Assembly: GCA_002726235.1 (NCBI GenBank)
Contig: PBSN01000006.1
Location: 1 to 43,850 of the forward strand
DNA: 43,850 nt
Origin: Nitrospiraceae bacterium
GTDB taxonomy: Bacteria; Nitrospirota; Nitrospiria; Nitrospirales; UBA2166
Reading direction: 5' to 3'
Within the stretch, counting starts at the first letter, position 1; every line of letters begins with the position of its first letter. The position numbers and the translations under genes were made by a program. The notes beneath the pieces are model-generated. The model saw nothing but the letters and a program-made list of their open reading frames with translations. It made no database searches and had not been told where the DNA came from. This document shows positions 10,764 through 21,075 of the stretch, piece after piece.

Positions 10764-12389
10764 CTAGAAACGATCGGGTTCTATGCAGAAGGAGTCCAAG
10801 GGCTTCCCATACCCGCTAGAGTTCTGACACCGACCACTGGGAGCGGCTATGGGTAACGGCACAATACCAAGCCTAGTGGCTAGTTGTTGTGGTTGTATGC
10901 CTTTCAAGGTGGTCGAGACGATCGCAAGGGTATAGGTGCCCGTGGACGTTCTCGGCACAATCGTAACGTCGATGAGACGGGCACTGGGAAATGTGAACGT
11001 GCATGTCTCAGGTACCACATCAGTTACACATGCCCCTAGCCGCGTGCCCGTGATTCCATCAGACACGAGAAGGTCAAAATTGGTGGCGGCGACATGGCTG
11101 AGCGTCAGCTCGAGAGCCTGTCCGCCCTTGAGTTTCAGACGGTACACATCCTGATCGCCTGCGGCATTCACAGCGCCTCTGATGCGAATACGGGCATTCG
11201 GAAGAATGCCACCCGCGTTGATCGGTCCGTCCTGATCGTGTGCGACAAGTAACGTATCCTTGAGGCTCTCACGCTGCGGAATCTGTTCGACAATTGTGTT
11301 ATTGCGTTCATCCGTTTCCGCGACAACATTTTCGTCGTCAATGGACACAATGACGAACAATCCACCCAACGCTTGAAGGTCTTTCAGTTTAAATTTTACG
11401 GCCGTATTCGTCGTGATGGCCTCGTTAATGCACCGTTCCGTCATGAATTGATCGGTCGGATCCAATGACGCATCACGTGACAGCCACACCGTGCCCAGGA
11501 TACACAGATCCGGCAATGGAGCGCCCACCTTCGTGATGGTCAGCTTGAGGACAAGCGCCTCCCCTGCTGTTTTGATCTTATGCTTGAATTTCGTGAGCGT
11601 CCCGCTGAGATCAAGGGAACGAGCATTGGGGAGAGGAGCTGGGACGGTTGTCCCTACCGTTGGAGTTCCTGTCGGATCAAAATTGACCGCGTGCGCCCCG
11701 GCAATATCATCCGGCTGAATCGTATGCAAAGAAGTCGATTCAGTAGCACTCATAATGCTCACAACAGTTTGTCCATGCTCGTCAGGATGACCAAGTCCCA
11801 GGGCATGACCAAGTTCATGTATTGCAACGCGCAGGAAATCATGTAATTTGCTGGTACTATCGCAACATCCTGGTACTCCAGTATCCGCTTCAAGAAGCGG
11901 CCCAGGATACGCATTCCACGGCACGGTGTCGTTGAACAGCATGTCAGTCTCATAGTCACTGATCACGATCGACCCATCCGACTGTGCCCATTCAAGCCAC
12001 TTGTCTAAGGTGAGACCAACCGTATCCCCCCAGGCAAGGCCGCACTCCGTCGAGGCAAATGCAACGGTATTGATCCCATCTCTACCAGCACACGGATCAG
12101 CATTCAGAGGGGAGACTAAGAAACTAAAAAATTCATGGTCCGGACGACTGCCCACCCCAACNTGGTTCCAAAGCGCAGCCGCACGCTCCAGTAACGCGGC
12201 ATCGCTCGTCTCCCCATAGCCTAGTGTTGACATGCTGGTTGTCGACAGCAGGTTGTTGAACGCAATGCGATTGCTTGGGGCTGGGGGATCCAGCACAAAC
12301 GAGTGTGCAGGAGGAACACTCGAGACAAGCAACATGAAACACGCCACCGGCGCAGTCACCCAGAACCCACGGGGTCTGCGCACACTCAT
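10764..12389 (-). CDS. Secreted matrixin (M10/metzincin) metalloprotease with C-terminal CARDB-like and PPC-like domains
   Basis: HELGHALGLGH zinc motif, Met-turn SIMS, signal peptide, Pro/Thr linker, CARDB-type D..N.VAETDERNN, PPC-type DQDVYR...FDLLV...GTYTL. Confidence 0.85.
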   Translation of the reverse strand: MSVRRPRGFWVTAPVACFMLLVSSVPPAHSFVLDPPAPSNRIAFNNLLSTTSMSTLGYGETSDAALLERAAALWNXVGVGSRPDHEFFSFLVSPLNADPCAGRDGINTVAFASTECGLAWGDTVGLTLDKWLEWAQSDGSIVISDYETDMLFNDTVPWNAYPGPLLEADTGVPGCCDSTSKLHDFLRVAIHELGHALGLGHPDEHGQTVVSIMSATESTSLHTIQPDDIAGAHAVNFDPTGTPTVGTTVPAPLPNARSLDLSGTLTKFKHKIKTAGEALVLKLTITKVGAPLPDLCILGTVWLSRDASLDPTDQFMTERCINEAITTNTAVKFKLKDLQALGGLFVIVSIDDENVVAETDERNNTIVEQIPQRESLKDTLLVAHDQDGPINAGGILPNARIRIRGAVNAAGDQDVYRLKLKGGQALELTLSHVAATNFDLLVSDGITGTRLGACVTDVVPETCTFTFPSARLIDVTIVPRTSTGTYTLAIVSTTLKGIQPQQLATRLGIVPLPIAAPSGRCQNSSGYGKPLDSFCIEPDRF

Positions 12390-13051
12390 GGCGATAACCT
12401 GTTTCTAACCTCCCCGAGAAATAGAGCAAGCGGCAAGGGGGGTTGGTCACGGCGCAACGCCTTGGGAGGTTCTCCGCGATGCGCAACGGGATGATCCGAG
12501 GGCTCCGTCAGGACAGTATTGTTCTCATCAATACCAACCACAAGACGGCCATCGGCGGCAACGAGAAACTCTGTTTCGCTGGACGGGTCACGCTGGACAC
12601 GAAATTGCCCCTGGGTCACCCCAACAAGAGGGAACATCACGGTTCCATTGTCTTTGACAAAAAGCGTATACGTCGCACCCTCTTCAAANACTGGAGCACC
12701 AGGCACGTGCAGATGTTCGTGGTCAACGACGCCGCCAAGAATTTGCAGCGCATAGGTGTCGTCATGATGCGCCCCTTTGATGACATCCCGGATATCCAAC
12801 CAAATGTCAGTGACAATCATCCCCTGGGCAAGTTTCCTCCCGTGCATCTCGTGCACAGTCCCAACAAAGATCAAATCGGCTTCTGCAACCAAGGCCGCAA
12901 AATCTTTGTCCTTGGCGACCACGGCGACACCAGAGGAGGGAAGAAANAATCCCACGGCCAGCATGACCAGCAGAACGGTGACACAAGAGGCGAGAGAAAA
13001 CGCGAGACGTACGCGATAACACATCATCAGGCTCCACAGGACTCGGTACAC
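12386..13051 (-). CDS. Exported protein resembling the N-terminal accessory domain often associated with bacterial matrixins
   Basis: Signal peptide; ADLIFVGTV...VIKG...GGVV...GAPxF..G...LF pattern; 4-bp ATGA overlap with the protease gene. Confidence 0.7.
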   Translation of the reverse strand: MYRVLWSLMMCYRVRLAFSLASCVTVLLVMLAVGXFLPSSGVAVVAKDKDFAALVAEADLIFVGTVHEMHGRKLAQGMIVTDIWLDIRDVIKGAHHDDTYALQILGGVVDHEHLHVPGAPXFEEGATYTLFVKDNGTVMFPLVGVTQGQFRVQRDPSSETEFLVAADGRLVVGIDENNTVLTEPSDHPVAHRGEPPKALRRDQPPLPLALFLGEVRNRLSP

Positions 13052-13273
13052 ACTCAGTGTACCCCCGCGTCACAATACAATTCAATATTTATTGTGGAAA
13101 GAACGAGGCGTGATGATTAATAGAGATGTCGTGCGCCAAAGAAAGGAGATGGATGAGCAGTCTCTGCAACATTTGTATCTTGTCGCACATCCGTAGACGT
13201 TTTTTTTGCGAACCCTGATTCGGGAGAAATATTTCCTAATAAACTAACCACACGGACACCAGGGCACGAAAAG

Positions 13274-13350
<77 letters not shown>

Positions 13351-13458
13351 ACAAAGAGGCTAAAGAATAGAGCGGAGGGTGGCATTGGTCAAGGGCATGA
13401 TTCCCATCTGTGGAATGACGACAACATCGCTGGATCCTGGCCACAAAACCTTTCCCAG

Positions 13459-13488
13459 TTGCCTCCCTCTTTTCGCTTCGACTATAAT
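13459..13488 (+). promoter_or_regulatory. Putative sigma70 promoter for the tldD operon
   Basis: TTGCCT-N18-TATAAT about 60 nt upstream of the tldD ATG. Confidence 0.5.
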
Positions 13489-13547
13489 CTAGCACGCAAT
13501 GTAAATTTCCTCCCATTTTACTCGTAACCAGCAAGGGAACACTACCG

Positions 13548-14984
13548 ATGACACGCGANAATGCCGTCCTTCAGCAGTTTGGCATCACAGAACGAGAGAT
13601 TGATCAGGCCATCAGTCTCGTCAACATTCCTGAAGTCGACGACGCCGATTTATATTTCGAACACAGTATTGCCGACTCAGTGTCATTGGAGGAAGGCATC
13701 GTCAAAAAGGCTTCAAAACACGTATCCCAGGGTGTCGGCGTACGCGCAACGGCTGGAGAAAAAACCGGCTATGCCTATACCGATGAAATCACCCTTGAGC
13801 AACTGAAAATTGCGGCAAAAACAGCAAAATATATCGCTCGATCTCCAGGTAACGGAACAGCTATAGCGACATCTGGCCGGACGCCTACACCCCGATCGCT
13901 CTACCCGGTCACTACACCTGCAACAGAAATCGCCACCAAAGAGAAGGTTGATCTTCTGGAAAAGATCGACGCCATTGCACGCGGGTACGATCCACGTATT
14001 AAAAATGTCATGGCCTCTTTTGCAACCGAGAACAAAATGCTCATGGTGGCATCATCAGAAGGCTGGGTGGTTGGCGATGTGCAGCCACTCTCTCGCCTTC
14101 AAGTGACCTGCATTGCGGCGGACAACAATGTCCGGCAAATGGGATCGTTCGGAGGTGGTGGGCGCGGTGAATTCTCGTTCTTCTTTGACGAGAACCGCTT
14201 TGAACAGTATGCGAAGGAAGCAGCCCGGCAATCTATCGTAAATCTCAATGCAGTTCCCGCGCCAGCCGGCATGATGGACGTCGTGCTGGGACCAGGATGG
14301 CCGGGAATTCTGTTACACGAAGCCGTTGGGCACGGGCTGGAAGCCGACTTCAATCGCAAAAAAACATCGGCATTTTCCGACCGCATCGGCAAAAAAGTGG
14401 CATCCCCTCTCTGCACGGTCGTCGACGATGGCACAATCCCATGGCGCCGCGGATCCCTCAACATGGATGATGAAGGAACCCCAACAGGCCGGACTGTACT
14501 CATTGAAGACGGCATTCTCCGTGGCTACATCACGGACCGCCTGAACGCACGTCTCATGGGCATTCCTCTCACCGGCAATGGCCGTCGAGAAAGCTTCATG
14601 AGCATGCCCCTGCCCAGAATGACTAATACCTTTATGCTGCCCGGGGAATCCAATCCAGNCGATATCATTCGGTCAGTCAAGCACGGCTTGTACGCTGTCT
14701 CGTTTGGAGGAGGACAGGTTGATATTACCAACGGCATGTTTGTGTTTTCCGCAAGCGAGGCCTATCTGATTGAAGATGGAAAAGTCACGAAACCAGTGAA
14801 GGACGCAACACTCATCGGCAATGGACCCGAGGTCCTCACCAGAGTTTCGATGGTCGGAAACGATCTGCGCCTTGATGACGGGATTGGAACCTGTGGCAAA
14901 GATGGCCAATCCGTGCCTGTCGGCGTGGGATCGCCCACGATTAAAGTCGACGGCATGACCATCGGAGGGACAAATCAGGCATGA
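13548..14984 (+). CDS. tldD: Metalloprotease TldD
   Basis: [34 protein letters not shown]. Confidence 0.96.
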   Translation: MTRXNAVLQQFGITEREIDQAISLVNIPEVDDADLYFEHSIADSVSLEEGIVKKASKHVSQGVGVRATAGEKTGYAYTDEITLEQLKIAAKTAKYIARSPGNGTAIATSGRTPTPRSLYPVTTPATEIATKEKVDLLEKIDAIARGYDPRIKNVMASFATENKMLMVASSEGWVVGDVQPLSRLQVTCIAADNNVRQMGSFGGGGRGEFSFFFDENRFEQYAKEAARQSIVNLNAVPAPAGMMDVVLGPGWPGILLHEAVGHGLEADFNRKKTSAFSDRIGKKVASPLCTVVDDGTIPWRRGSLNMDDEGTPTGRTVLIEDGILRGYITDRLNARLMGIPLTGNGRRESFMSMPLPRMTNTFMLPGESNPXDIIRSVKHGLYAVSFGGGQVDITNGMFVFSASEAYLIEDGKVTKPVKDATLIGNGPEVLTRVSMVGNDLRLDDGIGTCGKDGQSVPVGVGSPTIKVDGMTIGGTNQA

Positions 14985-16324
14985 AAACCATCGACCACAA
15001 CCTCGCCGAAGAGATTTTAAAGAAAGCAAAGTCCTATGGTGCAACCGACGGCGACGTGGTATTTGCCGAAGGAAATACTGCCACGGTCCGTGTTCGCCAA
15101 GCTGCCATTGAAACCCTATCCAAAGCACGAGAGAAGCGCTTGGGATTACGTATTTTCGTCGGAAAGCGCTCGGCGGTAAGTTCAACATCTGACCTTTCGT
15201 CTGATGCGTTGGATCGTTTTATTCAGGATACGTGTGCCTTGGCTACAGCTGTAGTCGAAGATCCGGATTCTGGACTACCCGCAGATGATACCTTGGCACA
15301 AGATCTTCCCAACCTCAGCATTCATGATGATTCGGAATGTACTATGGACGATCACATTGACCAGGCAGAGCGAGCTGAGGCAGTGATCTTTCCATTCGAC
15401 ACGCGCATTACCAACTCGGAAGGGGCGGAGTTTAATTCTGGAAAAGGACGGAGCCTCTATGCCAACAGCCGAGGTTTTTTCGGTGAATATACCAGTTCAA
15501 GCTATTCCCTCTCGGTTTCACCCATTGCCAGTGAGCATGGAAAAATGCAGAGGGATTCATGGTACACCGTCCATCGGATGATTGCAGGGCTTGAAGCTCC
15601 CGAAGCGGTGGGAACCGAAGCAGCTCGGCGTGCGATTCGTCGCCTAGGCGCGCGAAAACTCCAGACACAATCCTCACCCATCGTGTTCGACCCCGAATCA
15701 GCAAGCTCCTTATTAGGGATATTGAGCGGAGCAGTGTCTGGCTCATCCCTCTACCGCGACGCATCATACCTCAAAGACAAACTTGGAGAAAAAGTCGCGC
15801 CGGAATGGATGACCATTTACGATGATGGTCGCATGCCAGGGGGACTAGGATCTCGCCCCTATGATGGAGAGGGGTTACCAACACGTCGCACGACAGTCGT
15901 CGATAGAGGAGTCCTCAGCAGCTATCTTCTCGACACCTACTCTGCACGCAAGCTACAACTCACATCAACCGGGAATGCCTCACGAGGCATTGGAAGTGGC
16001 CCAAGCGTCGGCGCCACTAACTTCTATGCAGTCGCCGGGGAGCATACCCCTGAGACGATCATACGATCCATAAAACACGGCTTCTATGTCACCGATATGA
16101 TGGGATTCGGAGTGAACATGGTCACGGGAGATTTTTCTCGCGGCGCAATCGGAATCTGGATTGAAAATGGAGAATTGACGTACGCCGTCGATGAGGTCAC
16201 TATTGCCGGGAATTTACGTGACATGTTTCTCAATATCGAAATGCTAGGCAACGACCTGACCTTCCGTGGATCTGTATCCTGCCCCACCATGAAGATCAGT
16301 GAAATGATGATCGCTGGAGAATAG
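14981..16324 (+). CDS. pmbA: TldE/PmbA protein
   Basis: DGEG motif, [31 protein letters not shown] overlap with tldD; no HExxxH motif. Confidence 0.93.
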   Translation: MKTIDHNLAEEILKKAKSYGATDGDVVFAEGNTATVRVRQAAIETLSKAREKRLGLRIFVGKRSAVSSTSDLSSDALDRFIQDTCALATAVVEDPDSGLPADDTLAQDLPNLSIHDDSECTMDDHIDQAERAEAVIFPFDTRITNSEGAEFNSGKGRSLYANSRGFFGEYTSSSYSLSVSPIASEHGKMQRDSWYTVHRMIAGLEAPEAVGTEAARRAIRRLGARKLQTQSSPIVFDPESASSLLGILSGAVSGSSLYRDASYLKDKLGEKVAPEWMTIYDDGRMPGGLGSRPYDGEGLPTRRTTVVDRGVLSSYLLDTYSARKLQLTSTGNASRGIGSGPSVGATNFYAVAGEHTPETIIRSIKHGFYVTDMMGFGVNMVTGDFSRGAIGIWIENGELTYAVDEVTIAGNLRDMFLNIEMLGNDLTFRGSVSCPTMKISEMMIAGE

Positions 16325-16334
16325 GAGAGGGGGT

Positions 16335-17057
16335 ATGACGGAAAAATTCACAGCCCAACAAGTGAAGGACTCCACCGTTCAATATCAAGGTGATGGCGTG
16401 ACCATCACCGCCTATCTGGTGAAACCTCAAGGTGTGAGTAACGCTCCAAGCATCATTGTCATTCAAGAGTGGTGGGGACTGAACGACCATATCAAAGATA
16501 TTGCGCGGCGTTTAGCAAGGTGTGGGTATATTGCCATTGCTCCAGATTTGTATTCTCGGCTCGGCAATCCCATCACGACCGATGCAGACGAAGCTGGGCG
16601 ACTGATGACCGCATTACAACAAGAGGACGGGTTGAAAGACTTGAATGCGACTATCGCCTATTTGAAAACTGTTCCGGAAGTCGATGCATCGCGAATCGGC
16701 ACAATGGGCTTTTGCATGGGCGGTTCATATGCTCTTATCCTTCCCACCATCAATGCAAGCATCAAAGCAGCAGTGTCCTTCTACGGGCAAGTCCCCGACC
16801 CAGACACTCCACTTCAAAAGCTACACGCACCAGTTCTCTATATCTACGGAGAAGACGACGGATGGATCACCCATGACCATGTCGATCGGCTTCGCGGAGC
16901 CCTCCACGCATATGGAAAAACTGGCGAGGCTAAAACCTATCCGAAAGCACCACACGCATTCTTCAATGATACGAGACCCGATGTCTACAAGTCAGAAGAA
17001 GCTGCCGACGCGTGGAACCGCACGCTTGCCTTTTTCAGCCAGCATCTTGGGCACTAA
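16335..17057 (+). CDS. Dienelactone hydrolase family protein
   Basis: IQEWWGLN, nucleophile GFCMGG, G..D, HAFFND. Confidence 0.93.
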   Translation: MTEKFTAQQVKDSTVQYQGDGVTITAYLVKPQGVSNAPSIIVIQEWWGLNDHIKDIARRLARCGYIAIAPDLYSRLGNPITTDADEAGRLMTALQQEDGLKDLNATIAYLKTVPEVDASRIGTMGFCMGGSYALILPTINASIKAAVSFYGQVPDPDTPLQKLHAPVLYIYGEDDGWITHDHVDRLRGALHAYGKTGEAKTYPKAPHAFFNDTRPDVYKSEEAADAWNRTLAFFSQHLGH

Positions 17058-17173
17058 ACACCCCACCCAAGCAAGGTGGCTTCTACCGTATCATGAGGCA
17101 ATCAGTCGAACTCGCGAACGCCGAAAACCAAGCCGTTGAATACGCTCTGAGTGAGCCAACAAATACCCGCTTT

Positions 17174-17297
17174 CTAGCAGATACTCACACAGCCCGCCAG
17201 ATTCGTCCTCATGTTGCTCCAAGGCTCAGCGAACAAGCGTACGATTCGCCTCCTCGCCTGCTGTGGTCTTACTGAACGGCCTGTTGCACTATCCTGC
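17174..17297. repeat. Degenerate intergenic repeat, family A copy 1 (MITE/REP-like)
   Basis: Collinear similarity to 18191-18310 (ccag..cgt.ctc...gctca.c...caag.gtacg..ttcgc.tcctcg..tgctg...ctg.ac.gc...at.ctgc); resembles, from memory, the dispersed repeat of Nitrospira genomes. Confidence 0.65.
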
Positions 17298-17502
17298 ATG
17301 AGGACATGAGAATAGACCGCAAGCTCCCTTCTAACCAAAAACGCTTTTCAAAAGTCGGCACGAGGTCTTGTATTTCCTCCACACGCTCACATAGAGTATG
17401 TATATGTAAGGGCAGGCGTACTGTGTTCGAACGCAGATAAACGTATGGCGTCTCACCTCAGAACAGACGTCTCAAAGGCACACTGCTCGACAATGGCTGA
17501 CA

Positions 17503-18192
17503 ATGCATTGCGAAAAATGTAAGACCACGGTTCCTCTGAAATCGCGATTTTGTCTAGAGTGTGGACATAAACTTTCTAGACTTCCACACACAACTCCTTT
17601 AACCGTTTCATCAGTTCCAACGCTTTGGGCAGGACGCCCCGCGATCCGCTCATTCGAAGGAACATTCTTTCTCGCAATTTCCCTTCTCCTCTCTGGACCC
17701 ACCATGTATGGGTTAGCCCACGTTGCCCCGTTTTCAGGATGGATTGGCAAGATCCAAACCTATATCGACCCCGTGTGGAGTACTGTTGCGGATATATTGC
17801 GTCTCACCGAGCGTATTCCACATATCTCGCTGATTACAATTCTCGCCACCTTACTTTTCATCCTGTCATGTGCATTGTTCGTTAAGGCGTGGGTGTGGTC
17901 TCAGCAAATACGGTATCGCCTCACACCGGAATATCTGATCGTTATGCATGGATTTCTCACGAGAACCCAAAAGCAACTCTTCATCGTAACCATCATAGAG
18001 ATGACATTAAAACGGTCGTTTCTCGATCGTCTCGTCGGCGTTGGAACGATTGATATAGACACCTCAGATCCTTCATTTGAACATGTCTCTGTCCAAGGGA
18101 TTTCGTCTCCCACCAATGTCCTTGATACCTTCTACCGCGTCTGGCAGGATGCAATAACTCAATCGTCATCGACGACTCCGGACGAAGAATGA
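17503..18192 (+). CDS. Zinc-ribbon plus bacterial PH (bPH_2)-domain membrane protein
   Basis: N-terminal CEKC...CLECG, two TM segments, YRLT...GFL..T...R.FLDRL.GVGTI.I.TSD. Confidence 0.8.
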   Translation: MHCEKCKTTVPLKSRFCLECGHKLSRLPHTTPLTVSSVPTLWAGRPAIRSFEGTFFLAISLLLSGPTMYGLAHVAPFSGWIGKIQTYIDPVWSTVADILRLTERIPHISLITILATLLFILSCALFVKAWVWSQQIRYRLTPEYLIVMHGFLTRTQKQLFIVTIIEMTLKRSFLDRLVGVGTIDIDTSDPSFEHVSVQGISSPTNVLDTFYRVWQDAITQSSSTTPDEE

Positions 18193-18310
18193 TGCTGAAA
18201 TAGTCCACCAGTAGCGTTCTCACTTCACACCAGAGCTCAACAGGCAAGAGTACGTATTTCGCTTCCTCGTTTGCTGCAACCTCCCTGGACAGCTAGTTTC
18301 GACATTCTGC
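18191..18310. repeat. Degenerate intergenic repeat, family A copy 2
   Basis: Same-orientation homolog of 17174-17297; begins gatgctgaaa and ends cattctgc. Confidence 0.65.
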
Positions 18311-18381
18311 TCAACCCATCGCGCGCACTGGCAACAACGATTGGTGATGGGGGTAGTCCTAATGACCAATGCTCGAACGCA

Positions 18382-19071
18382 TTATGTGCTTCCAAGTAGT
18401 GACCGCGCAGTGGCGAAGACGTCATTGAACATGGAATATGTGAGTTTTCCCGTCTGGGTGTTCTGCTGAGACGGATGGTAAGACGACATGAGCGTGACAC
18501 CCCACGACAACCTGACGACCACACCGTGCGAAAATTGTGGTTTGGGAGACGGGACAGAACGGCCCACAGCCTGACAGGCTTTGAGGTAATGATCGAAGGC
18601 AAATTTTCCAAGCACAACGACCACACGTACAGACCGGAGCAATGCAATTTCCTCAATGAGGTAGGGTCGGCACAACGCAAACTCTTCTGGCAACGGCTTG
18701 TTTCCCGGCGGCGCACAACGGACAACTGCCGTAATGTAGCAATTCGTCAGATGCAGACCATCATTTTTTCTGACGGATACGGCCTGGGTACAAAACGCAT
18801 TGTCATACAAAACCTGATAGAGCAACTCCCCACTTCGATCTCCCGTAAATGCCCGACCAGTCCGATTTGATCCGTGTGCGCCTGGGGCCAAGCCCACAAT
18901 CAAGAGTTGCGCCTGCGGATCACCAAACCCATGCACTGGCTTTCCCCAATACGATTCATGTAGAAAACGACGAACTTTTGTCGCCGCGACGGTCTCCCTG
19001 TGAGCGACAAGACGAGGACATCTCCGACAGGAAATGACAGCCTTACGAAGTTGAACGGCCCGCTTCAACAT
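18382..19071 (-). CDS. Uracil-DNA glycosylase, family 5 (UdgB-like, Fe-S)
   Basis: CRRCPRL, GLAPGAHGSNRTGRAFTGD, RCAPPGNKP, YHPSQQN. Confidence 0.92.
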   Translation of the reverse strand: MLKRAVQLRKAVISCRRCPRLVAHRETVAATKVRRFLHESYWGKPVHGFGDPQAQLLIVGLAPGAHGSNRTGRAFTGDRSGELLYQVLYDNAFCTQAVSVRKNDGLHLTNCYITAVVRCAPPGNKPLPEEFALCRPYLIEEIALLRSVRVVVVLGKFAFDHYLKACQAVGRSVPSPKPQFSHGVVVRLSWGVTLMSSYHPSQQNTQTGKLTYSMFNDVFATARSLLGST

Positions 19072-19152
19072 CTTGTTAGATGAATATTACGAGACGTAGG
19101 TCTGAATCGTCGACTTCGCCGAGGTAGGGGTACGTCTGAAAACGCGGATGGG

Positions 19153-19926
19153 CTATCCCATGTTCCGCTTGAACACGCCAACGCTTCCATACAAACACAG
19201 CGCGTCAAATACGATCATGACAAGAACGACTTTGACGAGCGGCACGATAGCCCATCCAACCAAAATGAGGCTTCGAATGGCCTCAACCGCATACGTCATG
19301 GGATTGAAATGCGCGAGAAATGCCATCCAGGCGGGCATGGCTGAAAATGGCACGAGCGCCGTACTCAAAAATATAGCTGGCAAGGAGAGAAATCCAAGCG
19401 CGGAAAAGAAATCGCCATGTGATTTGACGGCAAAAGCCATAGCCATGGAAATAGCCGTAAGGCCAACGCCAAATAAAAGTCCGATCAGAACTGCTCCAAT
19501 CACACCGCCAAACCCAGTGACAGGATGCACGCCAAACAAATACGCAACCAACAAGATGAACAACACTTGCAACGACGTAATACCCATGACGAAAATGAAT
19601 CGACTTATAATGATAGAGGACCGTGCGATCGGAGTCGTCAACATACGCTCCAAGAACCCGTTTTCCTTATCAAAGAGCAGGTCAACCCCTCCGGCAAGCC
19701 CATTGTTAAGAACCGTCATCACCACCACGCCAGCGGCGAGGAAACTCATGTAGTTGGGCGCTTGAATATCTTGAATTTCCGTGGCTCGCTGAAATAAACT
19801 TCCAAATAAAATCAGCCAAAATAGCATGGGCTGCGCCAAGGTAAACAACAAACTAAACCGCTCACGGCTTAACCGTTTGATCCACCTCATCGTTAACGCC
19901 CAAATTTCCTGAATGTAGTTGTTCAT
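19153..19926 (-). CDS. ABC-2 type exporter permease (DrrB-like)
   Basis: About 6 TM segments, DKENGFLE...PI.R, NPMTYAVEAIR; 4-bp overlap with the ATPase gene. Confidence 0.92.
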   Translation of the reverse strand: MNNYIQEIWALTMRWIKRLSRERFSLLFTLAQPMLFWLILFGSLFQRATEIQDIQAPNYMSFLAAGVVVMTVLNNGLAGGVDLLFDKENGFLERMLTTPIARSSIIISRFIFVMGITSLQVLFILLVAYLFGVHPVTGFGGVIGAVLIGLLFGVGLTAISMAMAFAVKSHGDFFSALGFLSLPAIFLSTALVPFSAMPAWMAFLAHFNPMTYAVEAIRSLILVGWAIVPLVKVVLVMIVFDALCLYGSVGVFKRNMG

Positions 19927-20915
19927 TCGTTCTCGTGCGCTGTATCGCTGTGCATCCGGTGTCCAGTATGAGCAACAAACACATCATCAAGGCATGGCCG
20001 GTGATAATCGATAGATTCGACGCGATGGCCTACGGTCATCACCGACTGGAGAACTGGTGAAAGCGCCCTCTCAGGAGTCTCAATGAAAATTTGGAGACAT
20101 GTACCATTCGCATTCACTTTACGAACATCTGGCAACGCCTTCAAAGCGGTCGTCAGCTCATCCAGCGAGCGCTCATGTTCTCCAATGGTCACTGAAATCA
20201 AGGCGCCGCCAAGATTGGCCTTCAGCTCTGCAGGTGCCCCAATCACACGAATACGCCCTCCATCCATCACCGCAATGCGATCACAAAGCTGGTCGGCTTC
20301 ATCGAGATAATTGGTGGTCATGACAACAGTGATGCCGCGTTTTTTGAGGTCTCGAACGTGCTCCCAAATACGAAAACGGCTCTCAACATCCAAGCCCAGT
20401 GTAGGCTCATCGAGAAAGAGAACCTTCGGGTTTGGAATGAGGCCACACGCGATGTCAAGTTTACGCTTCATACCACCGGAGTAATTCCTCGCCGGATGAT
20501 CCGCCTGCTCTTCAAGGTTCACCAGCTTCAGAATTTCGTCAATACGTCGATCAGTATCATGTTTGGGCAAGTGGTAGAGGGAACTCAGCAGCAACAGATG
20601 CTCACGGCCAGTCAAAAATCGGTCGATCGCCCTTTCTTGTGGCACATAGCCGATCATCTGGCGAACGGTCGTCGGATCGTCTACGATATCATGTCCGTGA
20701 ATCTTGGCCGTGCCAGAGGTGGGCTTCAGAATGGTGATGAGAATCCGAGTGGTGGTGGTTTTTCCAGCCCCATTTGGCCCGAGCAAACCAAAGATTTCCC
20801 CAGCCTTGATCTGAAAGGAGATGTCAGATATGGCATCGACCTTATCATACCGTTTGGTAAGCCCAACCACCTCAATCGCGGTAGACCCATCAGGAACCTG
20901 TTGCGTCACACACAC
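19923..20915 (-). CDS. ABC exporter ATP-binding protein (DrrA-like)
   Basis: Walker A GPNGAGKT, signature YSGGM, Walker B LFLDEPT, C-terminal LDDVF. Confidence 0.95.
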   Translation of the reverse strand: MCVTQQVPDGSTAIEVVGLTKRYDKVDAISDISFQIKAGEIFGLLGPNGAGKTTTTRILITILKPTSGTAKIHGHDIVDDPTTVRQMIGYVPQERAIDRFLTGREHLLLLSSLYHLPKHDTDRRIDEILKLVNLEEQADHPARNYSGGMKRKLDIACGLIPNPKVLFLDEPTLGLDVESRFRIWEHVRDLKKRGITVVMTTNYLDEADQLCDRIAVMDGGRIRVIGAPAELKANLGGALISVTIGEHERSLDELTTALKALPDVRKVNANGTCLQIFIETPERALSPVLQSVMTVGHRVESIDYHRPCLDDVFVAHTGHRMHSDTAHENE

Positions 20916-21075
20916 ACCATATGTCTTACGATAGGGTTACAAAAGATGCACGAAATCCGGCTGCACCTTAGCGGAAGGTATCAGATATTGTCAATTGCAG
21001 GTGTTGTAGGTTTGCTTTAGACTCGACCGAGTTGCGAATGTACAAAATACCTTCCCACATTACGAGGTAACTCAC

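Noticed and set aside
13548..17057. TldD/PmbA as part of a RiPP cluster
   Set aside because: No precursor peptide or modifying enzymes nearby; looks like the ordinary housekeeping arrangement.
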